From Polyangiaceae bacterium (GTDB lineage: Bacteria > Myxococcota_A > Polyangia > Polyangiales > Polyangiaceae), in contig JBNKBE010000005.1 in assembly GCA_050287085.1 (NCBI GenBank), positions 64,001 to 128,000 on the forward strand: a stretch of DNA of 64,000 nucleotides, in the 5' to 3' direction. The notes beneath the pieces were generated by a model, which was given only the letters and a program-made list of their open reading frames with translations, was not told the origin of the DNA and did no database searches. Below, piece by piece: positions 48,825-59,151 of the stretch. Numbering within the stretch: the first letter of the stretch is position 1; the number at the start of each line of letters is the position of its first letter. Position numbers and translations under genes: made by a program.

Positions 48825-51113
48825 CTATTGGGCGGCCGCGTGCGCGGTCAGCTCGCGAGCCATCCTAACCTCGACCAGCTCGATGGCGTCGCTCTGCGCG
48901 ATCTCTTGTAGACGCTCATGGGTAGCCGGAGTGGGCGTCTGGAAATGCTCCCTCAACGCGATGTAGAAGTCAGCCTCTACTCGCTGCACAAACGACCTCG
49001 CGTCCGCTCGAAGCTGCTCCGAGGTCTTCCTACCTCGGAGCCAATCGCGAAGTGCCCCCGTCCAGGCATTTGGGGGTCGAATGGCCATCAGTCCCTCCGC
49101 TACCGAACCATCTGAAGTCGCGTGTTGGCGCTCCTCACAGAGGGCCGTCCAGACCGTGATATAGAGGAGTGTTTCCGGGTCCAGCGCCAAGTCGATCGCA
49201 CGCCGCAATACGCCACGTGCCGCCGGCAAGTCACCCCAGGTCAGCGCGCGACGCGCGGCGTCCTGCAAGGCTGCGGCGAGTGGCCCACTACTATTCCTGG
49301 CGGCCTCTACCGCGCGATCCGTGGCTGCCTCCGCTTCTTGAATGAGCCCTCGTCGTTCGAAGATCTCAGCCAGTGTGGCTTCCGCAAACGCAAGCTCGGC
49401 CCCCGAATGCGCTTCCTCCCGCGCACGGTCGACGGCAACCCGGGCGCGTTCAAGCGCGTCGCCGCCTCCGTGTCGGGAGGCGCGCACCAGGATGTCTTGC
49501 TCGACGAGTAGTGCCCGCGCGACGCCCACGAAGTCCTGCGCTGCGCTCGCGAGCGCCTCCATGCTGTGAGCGGAACGAAGAGCCCCTTCAATGTTGTTGT
49601 CGTGCAGTTCAATCGCACTCAGCAGTCGCAGGGCGTCCCGAGTGGGTCGCGCAACCACCGCCCGTTCCAGATGTTCCCTGGCCGCCTTGAGATTCCCCTC
49701 GCGACTTTCCATCGCGCCCATCAGATGCTCGATGTCTGCGGGCTCGGGACGCAGCTCGAGGTCGTGCGGCAAACGCGCGGCGGCCGACAGAATGGGAACG
49801 GAGTTGCGATAGGTTCGCCGCGCCACCTCGGGCTCACCGCTCGACTCCGCCCGAACCACCGCGCGCCCCAACATGCGTAGCACTACACCAAACGCCTTTT
49901 CGTTGGACTCCGCCAGCAGAGCGTCACCCACGAGAAGCGGCATGACCTCACCCATCCCGAACTCATCCACCAGCAGGCCCGCCAGAGGTAGCGCCCACCG
50001 GAGTTCCTCGGGTTCAGCTCGGTGCAGCTGAATCGCAGTCCCGAAAGCGGCAGCTCGTGACAATAAGGGATCCGTCTGAGGGCCTTCAGGAGCGCTCGAC
50101 AGATAGAAGCTGAGCAGCGCGGCCCACGCTTCCGCATTGCCATCCGCCGCCTCCTCCAAGCGCCGAGCCAGGGCGGCTCCTAACGGCAACTCATTCGTCT
50201 CAGCTTCCAACTCAGCGGCCGCGCCCGCGGCGTCGCCACTGCGCAAGAAGGAAGCCACCAAATTGGTCGGGCCCATTCGATACGCCCGTTCGGCCGACAG
50301 TCGCTCGTCTTCTTCAGCCTGGGTGGTGGGTACTTCGCCGCGGTCGCGCAGCTCGATCGCTTCGACCATCCAAGCGTTGGTCAGGCGGCGAGCCTCCTCC
50401 AGCACCTCCACCCTGGGCTCCAAGATCAACTGTCCGACGGCGGCCGTATGCGCTACCTCCAGACTTCGTACCGAGCCCCCGCGAGTCGCTTGTTGCCACG
50501 CGGCCAGCGCCTCCAGGTGAGACTGCACCAACGCCCGCCTGGGGTCGGATGGGGGCAAAGAGCTCAGCGCTGCATGATAGAGGGCCTCCGCGCGCCCCTC
50601 GTCGCCGCGGCGCGCCACCGCCGCGGCTCCCTGGATCAGGGCCCCCTCGAGGCCGGTGAACATCTCCGTTCTGAGCTCGCCCACGCGCACCAAGAGAAGC
50701 GCCCCCTCCAAAACACCGAGCGCGGCTTCGTCCTGTCCGGCGGCAAAGAGGTTTTCCGCACGTTCAAGCTGAAAGCGGACCACGCCCACCAGACGCCGTA
50801 GCGTTTCAGGCGATGCTTGCGGAGAACCCAGGACAGCCAGCGTCTCGGACGCAAACAACTCCGCATCGGTAGTCTTTGGCGCCACAGCTACGCGGCTTAA
50901 CGTTTCCGGCACGACCGCCCCAATCGCCCCGGCGCGCGAGCCACAGCCGTAGCAGGCGGCCCCCAGCAGCGCGATGGGAAGCAGCGAAACCCAACGACAA
51001 CGGCGCATTAGACACTTACAATGGTGGGAGCGGCCGTGCGTGGCAAGGCGTGACGCCGATGAGCGTGCTACGGCCAGCAAGAGACTGGCCGCAAGCCCGG
51101 ACCTCGGGGCCAC
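48825..51113 (-). CDS. Hypothetical all-helical/TPR-like exported protein
   Basis: Ala/Leu-rich helical repeats and a possible lipobox (LLGAAC). The start is probably downstream of the ORF start. Confidence 0.65.
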   Translation of the reverse strand: MAPRSGLAASLLLAVARSSASRLATHGRSHHCKCLMRRCRWVSLLPIALLGAACYGCGSRAGAIGAVVPETLSRVAVAPKTTDAELFASETLAVLGSPQASPETLRRLVGVVRFQLERAENLFAAGQDEAALGVLEGALLLVRVGELRTEMFTGLEGALIQGAAAVARRGDEGRAEALYHAALSSLPPSDPRRALVQSHLEALAAWQQATRGGSVRSLEVAHTAAVGQLILEPRVEVLEEARRLTNAWMVEAIELRDRGEVPTTQAEEDERLSAERAYRMGPTNLVASFLRSGDAAGAAAELEAETNELPLGAALARRLEEAADGNAEAWAALLSFYLSSAPEGPQTDPLLSRAAAFGTAIQLHRAEPEELRWALPLAGLLVDEFGMGEVMPLLVGDALLAESNEKAFGVVLRMLGRAVVRAESSGEPEVARRTYRNSVPILSAAARLPHDLELRPEPADIEHLMGAMESREGNLKAAREHLERAVVARPTRDALRLLSAIELHDNNIEGALRSAHSMEALASAAQDFVGVARALLVEQDILVRASRHGGGDALERARVAVDRAREEAHSGAELAFAEATLAEIFERRGLIQEAEAATDRAVEAARNSSGPLAAALQDAARRALTWGDLPAARGVLRRAIDLALDPETLLYITVWTALCEERQHATSDGSVAEGLMAIRPPNAWTGALRDWLRGRKTSEQLRADARSFVQRVEADFYIALREHFQTPTPATHERLQEIAQSDAIELVEVRMARELTAHAAAQ

Positions 51114-51288
51114 GGGTCGGCTCGTCGCGCTGGCGCGGGGGGCCGAATCCCTGGCTAGTTCCGCGCGCGCCCCGCCAGGATGGTGAGCGGAGCGATTCAG
51201 GCTAGGAAGTTCTGACCGGGACCACTACGGTGCCTCGGAAACCAATCGTCTTGTCGGACTCGGATCGCGCAGGATCCGCCGTGAAAGA

Positions 51289-54200
51289 ATGGGCAGCTCC
51301 GAGACGCATACGCCACGCAAGCTAGCGGACTTCGACGTCATCCGACGTCTGGGCGCGGGTGGTATGGCGGAGGTCTTTCTCGCCAAGAAAGACGGCGCGG
51401 AAGGAACGTACAAGCTCCTCGTCCTCAAACGCATTCTGCCCAAGCACGGCTCTTCAGAGCGTTTTCGAGCGATGTTCGCGGAGGAGGCCATGCTGGCCAC
51501 ACGCCTCAACCACCCCAACATCGTGCAGGTATACGACTTCCAAGACTACGGTCCGGAAGGGCTGCTCCTCAGCATGGAGTTCGTAGACGGTCCTGACCTC
51601 CGTCGTCTGCACCGTGCCGCTAGGAGCAAGCAAGCGCGCTTGCCCGTATACCTGGCCGCTTGGATTGTCGCTGAGGTGGCCAAGGGACTTCACTACGCTC
51701 ACGAACGCAAGGACGAAGGAGGTCGACCACTCGACATCGTCCACCGAGACGTGTCGCCGCAAAACATCCTGCTGAGCACCGACGGCTCGGTCAAAGTGGC
51801 CGACTTCGGCATTGCCACGGCCAATCTCTTTCGTCAGGACGGCGGCACGCTCAAGGGCAAGACCGCCTACATGTCGCCGGAGCAGGCCAACGGACTCCGA
51901 GTTGACCGGCGGTCAGACATCTACTCGCTGGGTGTTGTGCTCCACGAGTTGCTTTCTGGCCGCCCGCTCCACGGCGATGCGGACGGGCAGGAACTGCTCG
52001 AAGCGGTGCGCGCCGGGCACGTCGAGCCCCCAGGTCTCTACGTACGAGGTATCCCGGCCGAACTCGAAGCCGTGGTCATGAAGGCTCTTAGCATCGAGCG
52101 CGAGAATCGCTTCAGCACAGCACGCGAGATGGCCAGTGCCATCACTCGCGTGCTGCTGGAGAAGCGGCAGCTGGTCGACGCGCAGACACTTGAGGCGGTC
52201 ATCGCCGAATACGCACCACGCTCGGGCCCGAAGGCGGTTGCGCGGCCGCACCCAGCCGCCTCTCTACGAAGGGCAAGCGACGCCGTGAACCTCGAATTGC
52301 CCCCTGCATTCGGTACCACGACAGGCGAGCTCAATACCGGCGAGTCCAGCGGTCCGGAACTCCGGGAGCGGGCACGCGCGGGGCGTGAGTTCCGACATGT
52401 CGCGGTGGTTGGCCTGCGGGTGTACGGCAGGCAAGCGGTAGAAGAAGCCATCGGCCGCTCGCAAACAACACGCCTACTGGATCAGGTGCGCAATACTCTC
52501 AACGAGATCGCCTACAAGCACGGCACGCATTGGTCATGGCAAGATGAAGACGACACGCAAGGAGCTGGGGGCCCAGGACTCGAGCGCGCGCGCACGGTCG
52601 CTGGGCTCACCGCTAACCCAGCGCGTGCCACGTCCGACGCCGCCGACATGGCCCTGGACGTGCACGAAGCTCTTGCGGGCGCGTGCGACGGCCTGCCTCG
52701 AACCCTCTCGGCCAGCATATGCTTGGTGCGCGGCGTTGCAGAAGGGCGGCGTGACGCTCGGGGGCACCTGACAAGCTACCGCCTTCAAGAGGCGGCAGGT
52801 CATATTGTCGACTACCTCGGCGACCTGGTCCCCCAGGGCGCAACCTGGGCCGCAGGCGGCCTCTATCGCGTGATTCGCCGCGAGTATGTCTGGACCGAAC
52901 TCCCCGCGCTCACCCTCGACCCCCACGTGGCGGGTCTAGCCCGCGGCTCGATACGGGTGTACTCGCTGCTGCGACGCCTCACTCGCGAGGAGGAGCGAGC
53001 CCAGCTGGCGGTCGCGCCGCGCGATCTGATCGGGCGCAATAGCGAGCTCGCTGACTTGCACGCCGCCTACCATCAAGCAGTGGGTCACGATCCGGGCCGC
53101 TTCGTGTGTCGCCGAGTGGTGGGAGAAATCGGCGTCGGGAAGACGGCCTTGTTGTCTTCCTTCTTCGCCGAACTTCCACCAGACGCCAAACGCCTGCGCG
53201 TGGAGTGCTCACAACACCGCAGTGAACTGCCTTTTGCCGCCGCAGCACAGTGGTTGCGCGAGCTGACCGGAATCGGCCACGACGACTCACTGGAACAGGC
53301 AGCGGAAGTGCTGCGCGAGCCGCTCGAAGGCCTGAAGCATCAACGCCATGCTGAGCAGATCTTGCAGCGCATGAGCGAGCTTGCGGTGGGCCGACTATCG
53401 GAAGCCATGGACGAGGCGGACGCCGCACTGCGCCGGCGTCTGCTGACCACTGGTCTTCGTCACCTCTTCGCACGCGCCGCCGAGGATGCACCCTTGGTGG
53501 TGATGCTGGACAGTCTGCAGTGGATGGACCTGCCGAGCCTGGAACTGCTCAGTGCCATGATCCAACGCGGCGGCGAGCTACCCATCTTATTGTTGCTTGG
53601 CTCCCGCCCCGACGAACGATTGGGGCGCTTCTTCGAAGACATCGTCACCATTGAGCTTCGGGGCCTGTCGCCAACCCATCAGATCCGTCTCGTCGAAGCC
53701 CACCTGGGCGCCGATGAGGGCGCGTCTACGGCGTGTGCGGATCTCATCCCGCGAGCCGCTGGCAACCCGTTCTTTCTTCTCGAAATGGTGGACGCACTCC
53801 TCGAACGGGGCGTCCTTGAACTCCGCACCTCTGAGTCGGGTCGCCTCGTTCTACTCCGCAACATGCCCCCCGAAGAGATGCAGGCACCACTGCCGAGCAC
53901 GCTCGAGCAGTTGATCGCCGATCGGCTCTCGGAGCTACCGCAGCCGGAGCATCACATCATCGACTGGCTTGCTGTCGCACGCGGCCCCCTGAGTCCTACG
54001 GACCTCGCAGCGCTCGCGGGCGACAACTCAGTCGATGCGGTCGCGCGCTTGTGCGCGCGAGGGTTGTGCGATCAGAGTCGACACTCCGTCGACGTACGAC
54101 ACCCCCTCACCCGCGACGTCGCCTACCACAGCATCGACCCGGACACGCGTCGGCTCATGCACCAGCGACTGGGAGAGCATCTGATGCAGCTCGGCGAAAG

Positions 54201-55635
54201 CAGCGGCCTCGAAGCAGCACTGGTCGCTCGCCACCTCGCCCGGGGGGAGCACCCCGAAGCGGCCGCCGACTACTACCTCGAAGCCGCCGCCGTCGCGCGC
54301 CTGAGTTTTCAGCTCCAGGTGGCGGCACGCTACTACGTCAGAGCCCTGGCCATACTTCCGGCACACGACTCGCGCAGACTCGAACCCTACAGCGTCTTGG
54401 AGGACATCTGCCGCGTCCAAGGGCGATGGCAAGACCGCGTCACGTACCTTAGAGCCCTTCGCGCCTGTGCGCTTGAAGCGGGGCTGGGCTATTGGGTTGC
54501 GCTCGCGTTGCTACGGCACGCCCAATTCGAGTTTGACTCCGGCCGACTGACACGCGCCCTGCACCTGGCCGGGCTCGGCCAGCAATGTGCCGAACAAGCG
54601 AGCTCTGCGCGCCTTCGAGTGCGCGGCGCGACGCTGACCGCTGAGATACTGGGAGGCTTGGGTCAAACACACGAAGCGCTCGCCGCGCTCGAAAAGGCGG
54701 AGGCGCTTGTTGAGAGCGGCGAAGTCCCCGCGCGCGTGCGCGCCGAGCTTCTACGGGCACGTGCAACCCTGGTGCTGCGCACTGGTCGCCTCGAGGAGTC
54801 GGTACACGTTTGTGCTCGCTCGATCGCGCTCTTCCGCCATACAGGCGCACGCCGCGACGAAGGGCGCGCCAAGTACTCGCTGGCTCGCGCGCTGGCCATG
54901 CGGGGTGACTACGAAGATGCGATCGCCCTGGCCTTCGAAACGATCCGCATCGACCTGTCATTGGGGGCGCGCTTTCAGCTCGCAAAAACGCTGAGTCATA
55001 TTGCTCAGTGTTACGCTCGTCTCGGCGCTTTCGAGCGAGCAGAACTGTATTTCGAGCGTGCGACCGAAGCCCACGCTCGCTACCAGGACGTAGACGCTCG
55101 CCACGACTCGCTCGTTATGTGGTCCGAACTCGCCCTTGAACGAGGAGAACTCGACCAGGCTAGTGATCTGCTCACCCGCGCACGACACGCGCTTGAGTCG
55201 GATGAACGTGCCTACGATAGCGTGCGCCAAGGCCTGGCCGGCACTTCCCTTCTGCGTGCGCAAGGAAGCGCCGCTCGAGCCGCGGCGCAAGCCCTCGAGA
55301 CACGCAAGCTCGCCGAATCCAAAACCTATATCGCCTTGCACTTTCAGGCCATGGCGCTGGAAGCCGCTGCACGCGCTGACTTAGGAGAACGGCATGACGC
55401 CATCTTGCTTGCCACGACCGCGCTCGGAGCGCTCGAAGCACTTGAAGGCTCGGACTACGCTATCGAGTCGCGTGCACTCTGCATCGAAGCCGTGACGCGT
55501 GTGGGACTCCCCACCGCCGGGACGCTGAAGGAACGCGCCGCAGCATACGTTCGAGAACTCAACGGCCGGATCCGGGATCCCCATCTGCGCGCGTCTTTTC
55601 AAGCGAGAAAGCCGGTCGCTCTGCTCCTGACATAA
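51289..55635 (+). CDS. Ser/Thr kinase + degenerate cyclase-like domain + STAND-type ATPase + TPR protein
   Basis: LGAGGMAEV, HRDVSPQN, DFG, YMSPE. Then LIGR..EL, Walker A GEIGVGKT, Walker B VMLDSLQW.D, GNPFFL, HPL.RDVAY and TPR repeats. Confidence 0.9.
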   Translation: MGSSETHTPRKLADFDVIRRLGAGGMAEVFLAKKDGAEGTYKLLVLKRILPKHGSSERFRAMFAEEAMLATRLNHPNIVQVYDFQDYGPEGLLLSMEFVDGPDLRRLHRAARSKQARLPVYLAAWIVAEVAKGLHYAHERKDEGGRPLDIVHRDVSPQNILLSTDGSVKVADFGIATANLFRQDGGTLKGKTAYMSPEQANGLRVDRRSDIYSLGVVLHELLSGRPLHGDADGQELLEAVRAGHVEPPGLYVRGIPAELEAVVMKALSIERENRFSTAREMASAITRVLLEKRQLVDAQTLEAVIAEYAPRSGPKAVARPHPAASLRRASDAVNLELPPAFGTTTGELNTGESSGPELRERARAGREFRHVAVVGLRVYGRQAVEEAIGRSQTTRLLDQVRNTLNEIAYKHGTHWSWQDEDDTQGAGGPGLERARTVAGLTANPARATSDAADMALDVHEALAGACDGLPRTLSASICLVRGVAEGRRDARGHLTSYRLQEAAGHIVDYLGDLVPQGATWAAGGLYRVIRREYVWTELPALTLDPHVAGLARGSIRVYSLLRRLTREEERAQLAVAPRDLIGRNSELADLHAAYHQAVGHDPGRFVCRRVVGEIGVGKTALLSSFFAELPPDAKRLRVECSQHRSELPFAAAAQWLRELTGIGHDDSLEQAAEVLREPLEGLKHQRHAEQILQRMSELAVGRLSEAMDEADAALRRRLLTTGLRHLFARAAEDAPLVVMLDSLQWMDLPSLELLSAMIQRGGELPILLLLGSRPDERLGRFFEDIVTIELRGLSPTHQIRLVEAHLGADEGASTACADLIPRAAGNPFFLLEMVDALLERGVLELRTSESGRLVLLRNMPPEEMQAPLPSTLEQLIADRLSELPQPEHHIIDWLAVARGPLSPTDLAALAGDNSVDAVARLCARGLCDQSRHSVDVRHPLTRDVAYHSIDPDTRRLMHQRLGEHLMQLGESSGLEAALVARHLARGEHPEAAADYYLEAAAVARLSFQLQVAARYYVRALAILPAHDSRRLEPYSVLEDICRVQGRWQDRVTYLRALRACALEAGLGYWVALALLRHAQFEFDSGRLTRALHLAGLGQQCAEQASSARLRVRGATLTAEILGGLGQTHEALAALEKAEALVESGEVPARVRAELLRARATLVLRTGRLEESVHVCARSIALFRHTGARRDEGRAKYSLARALAMRGDYEDAIALAFETIRIDLSLGARFQLAKTLSHIAQCYARLGAFERAELYFERATEAHARYQDVDARHDSLVMWSELALERGELDQASDLLTRARHALESDERAYDSVRQGLAGTSLLRAQGSAARAAAQALETRKLAESKTYIALHFQAMALEAAARADLGERHDAILLATTALGALEALEGSDYAIESRALCIEAVTRVGLPTAGTLKERAAAYVRELNGRIRDPHLRASFQARKPVALLLT

Positions 55636-55664
55636 GGGCGACATCCACGATCCGTTCACACGCC

Positions 55665-56849
55665 TCAGCCCGCGTGCTGCGCCACCCGCCGCAAGAGCGC
55701 GTGGATCCCAGCCCGGAAGAGCTCGGGCGCCGTTAGGAGACTGACCACAACGACCGGCGTGAGGGGGATGTCGTACCACCAGCCAGGTTGCACGAGCACA
55801 CGGCCTTCCTCTAACAAGTCGAGGCACCAGGTATCCTCGTCCAATACGGAGGGCAAACGCAAGACGACCGACCACCCGCCTTCAACATGAAGGGCGCTTG
55901 TCGGCGTGTTGTCGGTCACGCCTCTCAGCCATTGGTAGTTGCTGCGAATACGGGCGGCGATCGCGGCCCGCCGCGGTCCGGAGCGCGCCAGCAGTTCCGG
56001 CAAAGCCCCCTGCACCGGGCCCGAAACAGAAAGAAAAGCGTCAGCGATGTACTCGAGCCGCTTGAACGCTTCCCGAACGAGCTCAGCGGGTCCGCGAACC
56101 ACAGTCCAGGCGGCCTTGTGCTGCGGCAGTCCGGCGCTCTTGCTAAGCCCGTCCAGGCAGAAGGCCAAGCCGTGGCGCGCAGGATCATGGACCGAAAGCA
56201 GACCGGTGTAGGGGCGCCCCGGCTCAATCGGATAGTCCACGAATACCTCATCGCTGATCAGCGGAAGCCCCATCCGCAGCAGTTGGTCAAACTCCGCGGC
56301 CGTCGTGAAGTGGCCCGTCGGATTGTTCGGGGAGACTACGATCACCGCCCGCGTACGCTCCGAGCGCGCAGCGAGAAGCGTTGCGTCATCAAGGGCCCAC
56401 GCGCCATCGTAGTACAGAGCGTACGGCACCAAGCGGATCTGCTCGTAGCGGGCAAGCTCCTCGAACAAAGGATAGCTCGGCTCTGGCACGAGCACCTCAT
56501 CCCCCGCGTCGCACAACAACTTGAACAGGTGTGCGTATGCCTCACTCGTGCTGCTCGTCAGAAATAGTTCAGCCGGCTCGACGCGCGGACCTCGCTCAGA
56601 CCAGTGTCGAGCACATGCGGACAGCGCCGCTGGCGGCCCCAGGGGCGTTGGTCGGTATTGTGCTCCCCCCGCATCCCCGAGCGGAGCGAGCAGAGCCGAG
56701 GCCGTCTCTGGCGGTTCATCCAGCCGGACCGCGGTGGGATTTGAGACCGTCAAGTCCAGGAGCCCCCCCCCCTGATGTCGCATGCGTTGCATGGCAACGC
56801 TCAAGGGATTGTGGGAGTCGAACGTCTCGGAGCGCCGGGAAAACACCAT
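55665..56849 (-). CDS. PLP-dependent class I/II aminotransferase
   Basis: LTVSNPT, P.PSYPLF, SPNNPTG, SDEVF, GLSK (PLP lysine). Confidence 0.9.
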   Translation of the reverse strand: MVFSRRSETFDSHNPLSVAMQRMRHQGGGLLDLTVSNPTAVRLDEPPETASALLAPLGDAGGAQYRPTPLGPPAALSACARHWSERGPRVEPAELFLTSSTSEAYAHLFKLLCDAGDEVLVPEPSYPLFEELARYEQIRLVPYALYYDGAWALDDATLLAARSERTRAVIVVSPNNPTGHFTTAAEFDQLLRMGLPLISDEVFVDYPIEPGRPYTGLLSVHDPARHGLAFCLDGLSKSAGLPQHKAAWTVVRGPAELVREAFKRLEYIADAFLSVSGPVQGALPELLARSGPRRAAIAARIRSNYQWLRGVTDNTPTSALHVEGGWSVVLRLPSVLDEDTWCLDLLEEGRVLVQPGWWYDIPLTPVVVVSLLTAPELFRAGIHALLRRVAQHAG

Positions 56850-57015
56850 GATGAGCGTATGGCGCCAAACACAGATCGTTCCGGGACGTCAAGGCCTGGT
56901 GTGGTTGCACTGACCCGAACCCTAGAACCGCCCCTTGGTCGCTCCCCAAGCGACAGTAACGACGGCGCAAGAAACGCCCCACCAAGACGCGTTTCCGCGA
57001 TAAGAGCGACAAATC

Positions 57016-58218
57016 ATGGACAGTGGGACCGAGCCCCCGGAAAGTAGCAATGCCTCAGCGGCGACGTCGAGCAACGTCGTTCTCCTCAAGTACCAGGGAA
57101 AGGAGATCCATCTGATCGGGACGGCCCACGTTTCGCGCGCCTCAGTCGAGGAAGTAGCTCGCACGATTCGTCAAGTCCGGCCCGATACCGTATGCGTCGA
57201 ACTCGACCAGACTCGATATGACGCCATGGTCGACGACCATCGCTTTCGCAAACTGGACATCTTCCAGATCATCCGGGAGAAGAAGGTTCTCTTCTTGCTG
57301 GCCAATCTCGTCCTGACATCGTTTCAGCGACGGATGGGAGAGCGGATGGGGGTGGCTCCTGGGGCGGAGCTCATGGCGGGAGTTGAAACCGCACGCGAAG
57401 TCGGAGCCGAGTTGGTGCTCGCGGACCGAAACATCCAGGCAACTCTCAAACGCACGTGGCACAGCCTCCGCTTCTTCGACCGCATCACGTTGTTGGGCGA
57501 GATGTTTGGCGGCATGTTCGGAGGTCAGGAGCTCACCGCTGAAGACATCGAACAGCTCAAAGATCGAGACACGATCTCCGAGGTGATCTCCGATTTTGCT
57601 CAGCGCATGCCCAGGCTCCAGCGCCCGCTGATCGACGAGCGGGATCAGTTCTTGATGAGCACCATCCAAGAGGCGCCGGGCAAAGTGATCGTCGCCGTGG
57701 TGGGGGCAGGTCACGTCCCTGGGATGCAAACCTATCTGGGCAAGACCGTAGATCGAGACGCCCTAAGCGAAATCCCTCAACCCTCCTTATTCAGTCGTTC
57801 GCTGAAGTGGGTGATTCCGATTGTCATTCTATCGGCGTTCTATTGGGGGTTTCGCGAGCATCAAGGCCAGGGCCTCAGAGACATGTTGTACGCGTGGATC
57901 ATTCCCAACAGCGTTGGTGCCGCCCTGCTCTCCGCAGTTGCCGGAGCACGCCCCTTGACGGTCGTGACGTCCGCGATTGCTTCTCCCATCACCTCGCTCA
58001 ACCCAACTGTGGGCGCCGGGATGGTGGCCGCCTTTGTTGAAGCGTGGCTTCGGCGCCCCACCGTCGAAGACTGCGAAGGCGTCAACGAGGCGATGATGTC
58101 TCTCGGCGGAATGTATCGCAATCCCTTCACTCGCGTCCTATTGGTCGCGCTCGGCGCCACCCTGGGCTCAGCCCTCGGCGCATACGTCGGTGCCGCGTGG
58201 GTCGTCAAGCTGTTGTGA
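57016..58218 (+). CDS. TraB/PrgY/GumN-family protein with C-terminal TM helices
   Basis: LIGTAHVS, VCVELD..R, PGAE, LADR, ERD.F, VVGAGHVPG, TSLNP, RPTVED. Confidence 0.9.
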   Translation: MDSGTEPPESSNASAATSSNVVLLKYQGKEIHLIGTAHVSRASVEEVARTIRQVRPDTVCVELDQTRYDAMVDDHRFRKLDIFQIIREKKVLFLLANLVLTSFQRRMGERMGVAPGAELMAGVETAREVGAELVLADRNIQATLKRTWHSLRFFDRITLLGEMFGGMFGGQELTAEDIEQLKDRDTISEVISDFAQRMPRLQRPLIDERDQFLMSTIQEAPGKVIVAVVGAGHVPGMQTYLGKTVDRDALSEIPQPSLFSRSLKWVIPIVILSAFYWGFREHQGQGLRDMLYAWIIPNSVGAALLSAVAGARPLTVVTSAIASPITSLNPTVGAGMVAAFVEAWLRRPTVEDCEGVNEAMMSLGGMYRNPFTRVLLVALGATLGSALGAYVGAAWVVKLL

Positions 58219-58302
58219 GCGCACTCCGACACAAGGAGCCCCAGCGATTCGGAAAAACCTGCGCGGCGAAACCAGAAGAGCTGCGCTAGGGTACTTGAGG
58301 TC

Positions 58303-59151
58303 ATGAGCGCTGCCCCCTCCCGCCCTTACCTTGGCCATGGCATCGGCCTCCGGGTTCCCCACTACGCCCAGGCGCTTGAGGGGGACTATCCGGTCGACTG
58401 GGTCGAGTGCATCACGGAGAACTTCCTCGGCCCCGGAGGGCGCCCTCGGGCGGTGCTTGAAGCGCTGCACGCCCGCATGCCCGTCGTATTTCACGGAGTT
58501 GCCATGGGTATCGGCTCGCCAGAGCCGCCTCACACCCGGTATCTCGACGAATTGAAACGGTTGTTTGCCGACTTTCCTCCAGCATGGGTGAGCGACCACC
58601 TGTGCTGGACACATCTCGGCGGCGTACACTCGCACGATCTGCTGCCGCTCCCCTATACGGAGGAGAGCCTGCGCCGCGTGGTCGCTCATACCCGTCTTGT
58701 GCAGGATGCCCTCGGACGACAGATCGCTCTGGAAAACGTGTCGAGCTACGTAGGCTTCCGCGCGAGCTCCATGAGTGAATGGGAGTTTCTAGGGCGCGTC
58801 GCAGAACAAGCCGATTGTATGCTGCTGCTCGACATCAACAACGTGATCGTCAGTGCAAAGAATCATGACTTCACGCCAGAGGACTTCGTACGTGGTGTAC
58901 CGCATGAACGTGTGCTGCAGTTTCACCTCGCCAATCATACGGATCGAGGCCACTACAAGTTCGACTCCCACCAGGGGCCGGTGCCCGACGAAGTGTGGGA
59001 GCTCTATCGCTTTGCGCTGCAAACCCTAGGCCCCGTGTCCTCGCTCATCGAGTGGGACGAGGAGGTCCCAACCCTGGCCCGGCTATGTGAGGAACAGCAG
59101 AAAGCGTCGCGGATCGCGCAGGAAGTTGCCGCCCAGGAGACGAGGCCATGA
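58303..59151 (+). CDS. DUF692 multinuclear non-heme iron oxidative enzyme (MNIO, BufB-like)
   Basis: GIGLRVPHY, E..TENF, HGV, VSDHLCW, HDLLPLPY, LENVSSY, LLDINN, HLANH, DSH, IEWD. Confidence 0.95.
   Translation: MSAAPSRPYLGHGIGLRVPHYAQALEGDYPVDWVECITENFLGPGGRPRAVLEALHARMPVVFHGVAMGIGSPEPPHTRYLDELKRLFADFPPAWVSDHLCWTHLGGVHSHDLLPLPYTEESLRRVVAHTRLVQDALGRQIALENVSSYVGFRASSMSEWEFLGRVAEQADCMLLLDINNVIVSAKNHDFTPEDFVRGVPHERVLQFHLANHTDRGHYKFDSHQGPVPDEVWELYRFALQTLGPVSSLIEWDEEVPTLARLCEEQQKASRIAQEVAAQETRP

Noticed and set aside
57016..58218. TraB as evidence of a conjugative element
   Set aside because: This is the TraB/PrgY/GumN family, not a type IV secretion component; there is no relaxase, integrase or other tra gene.
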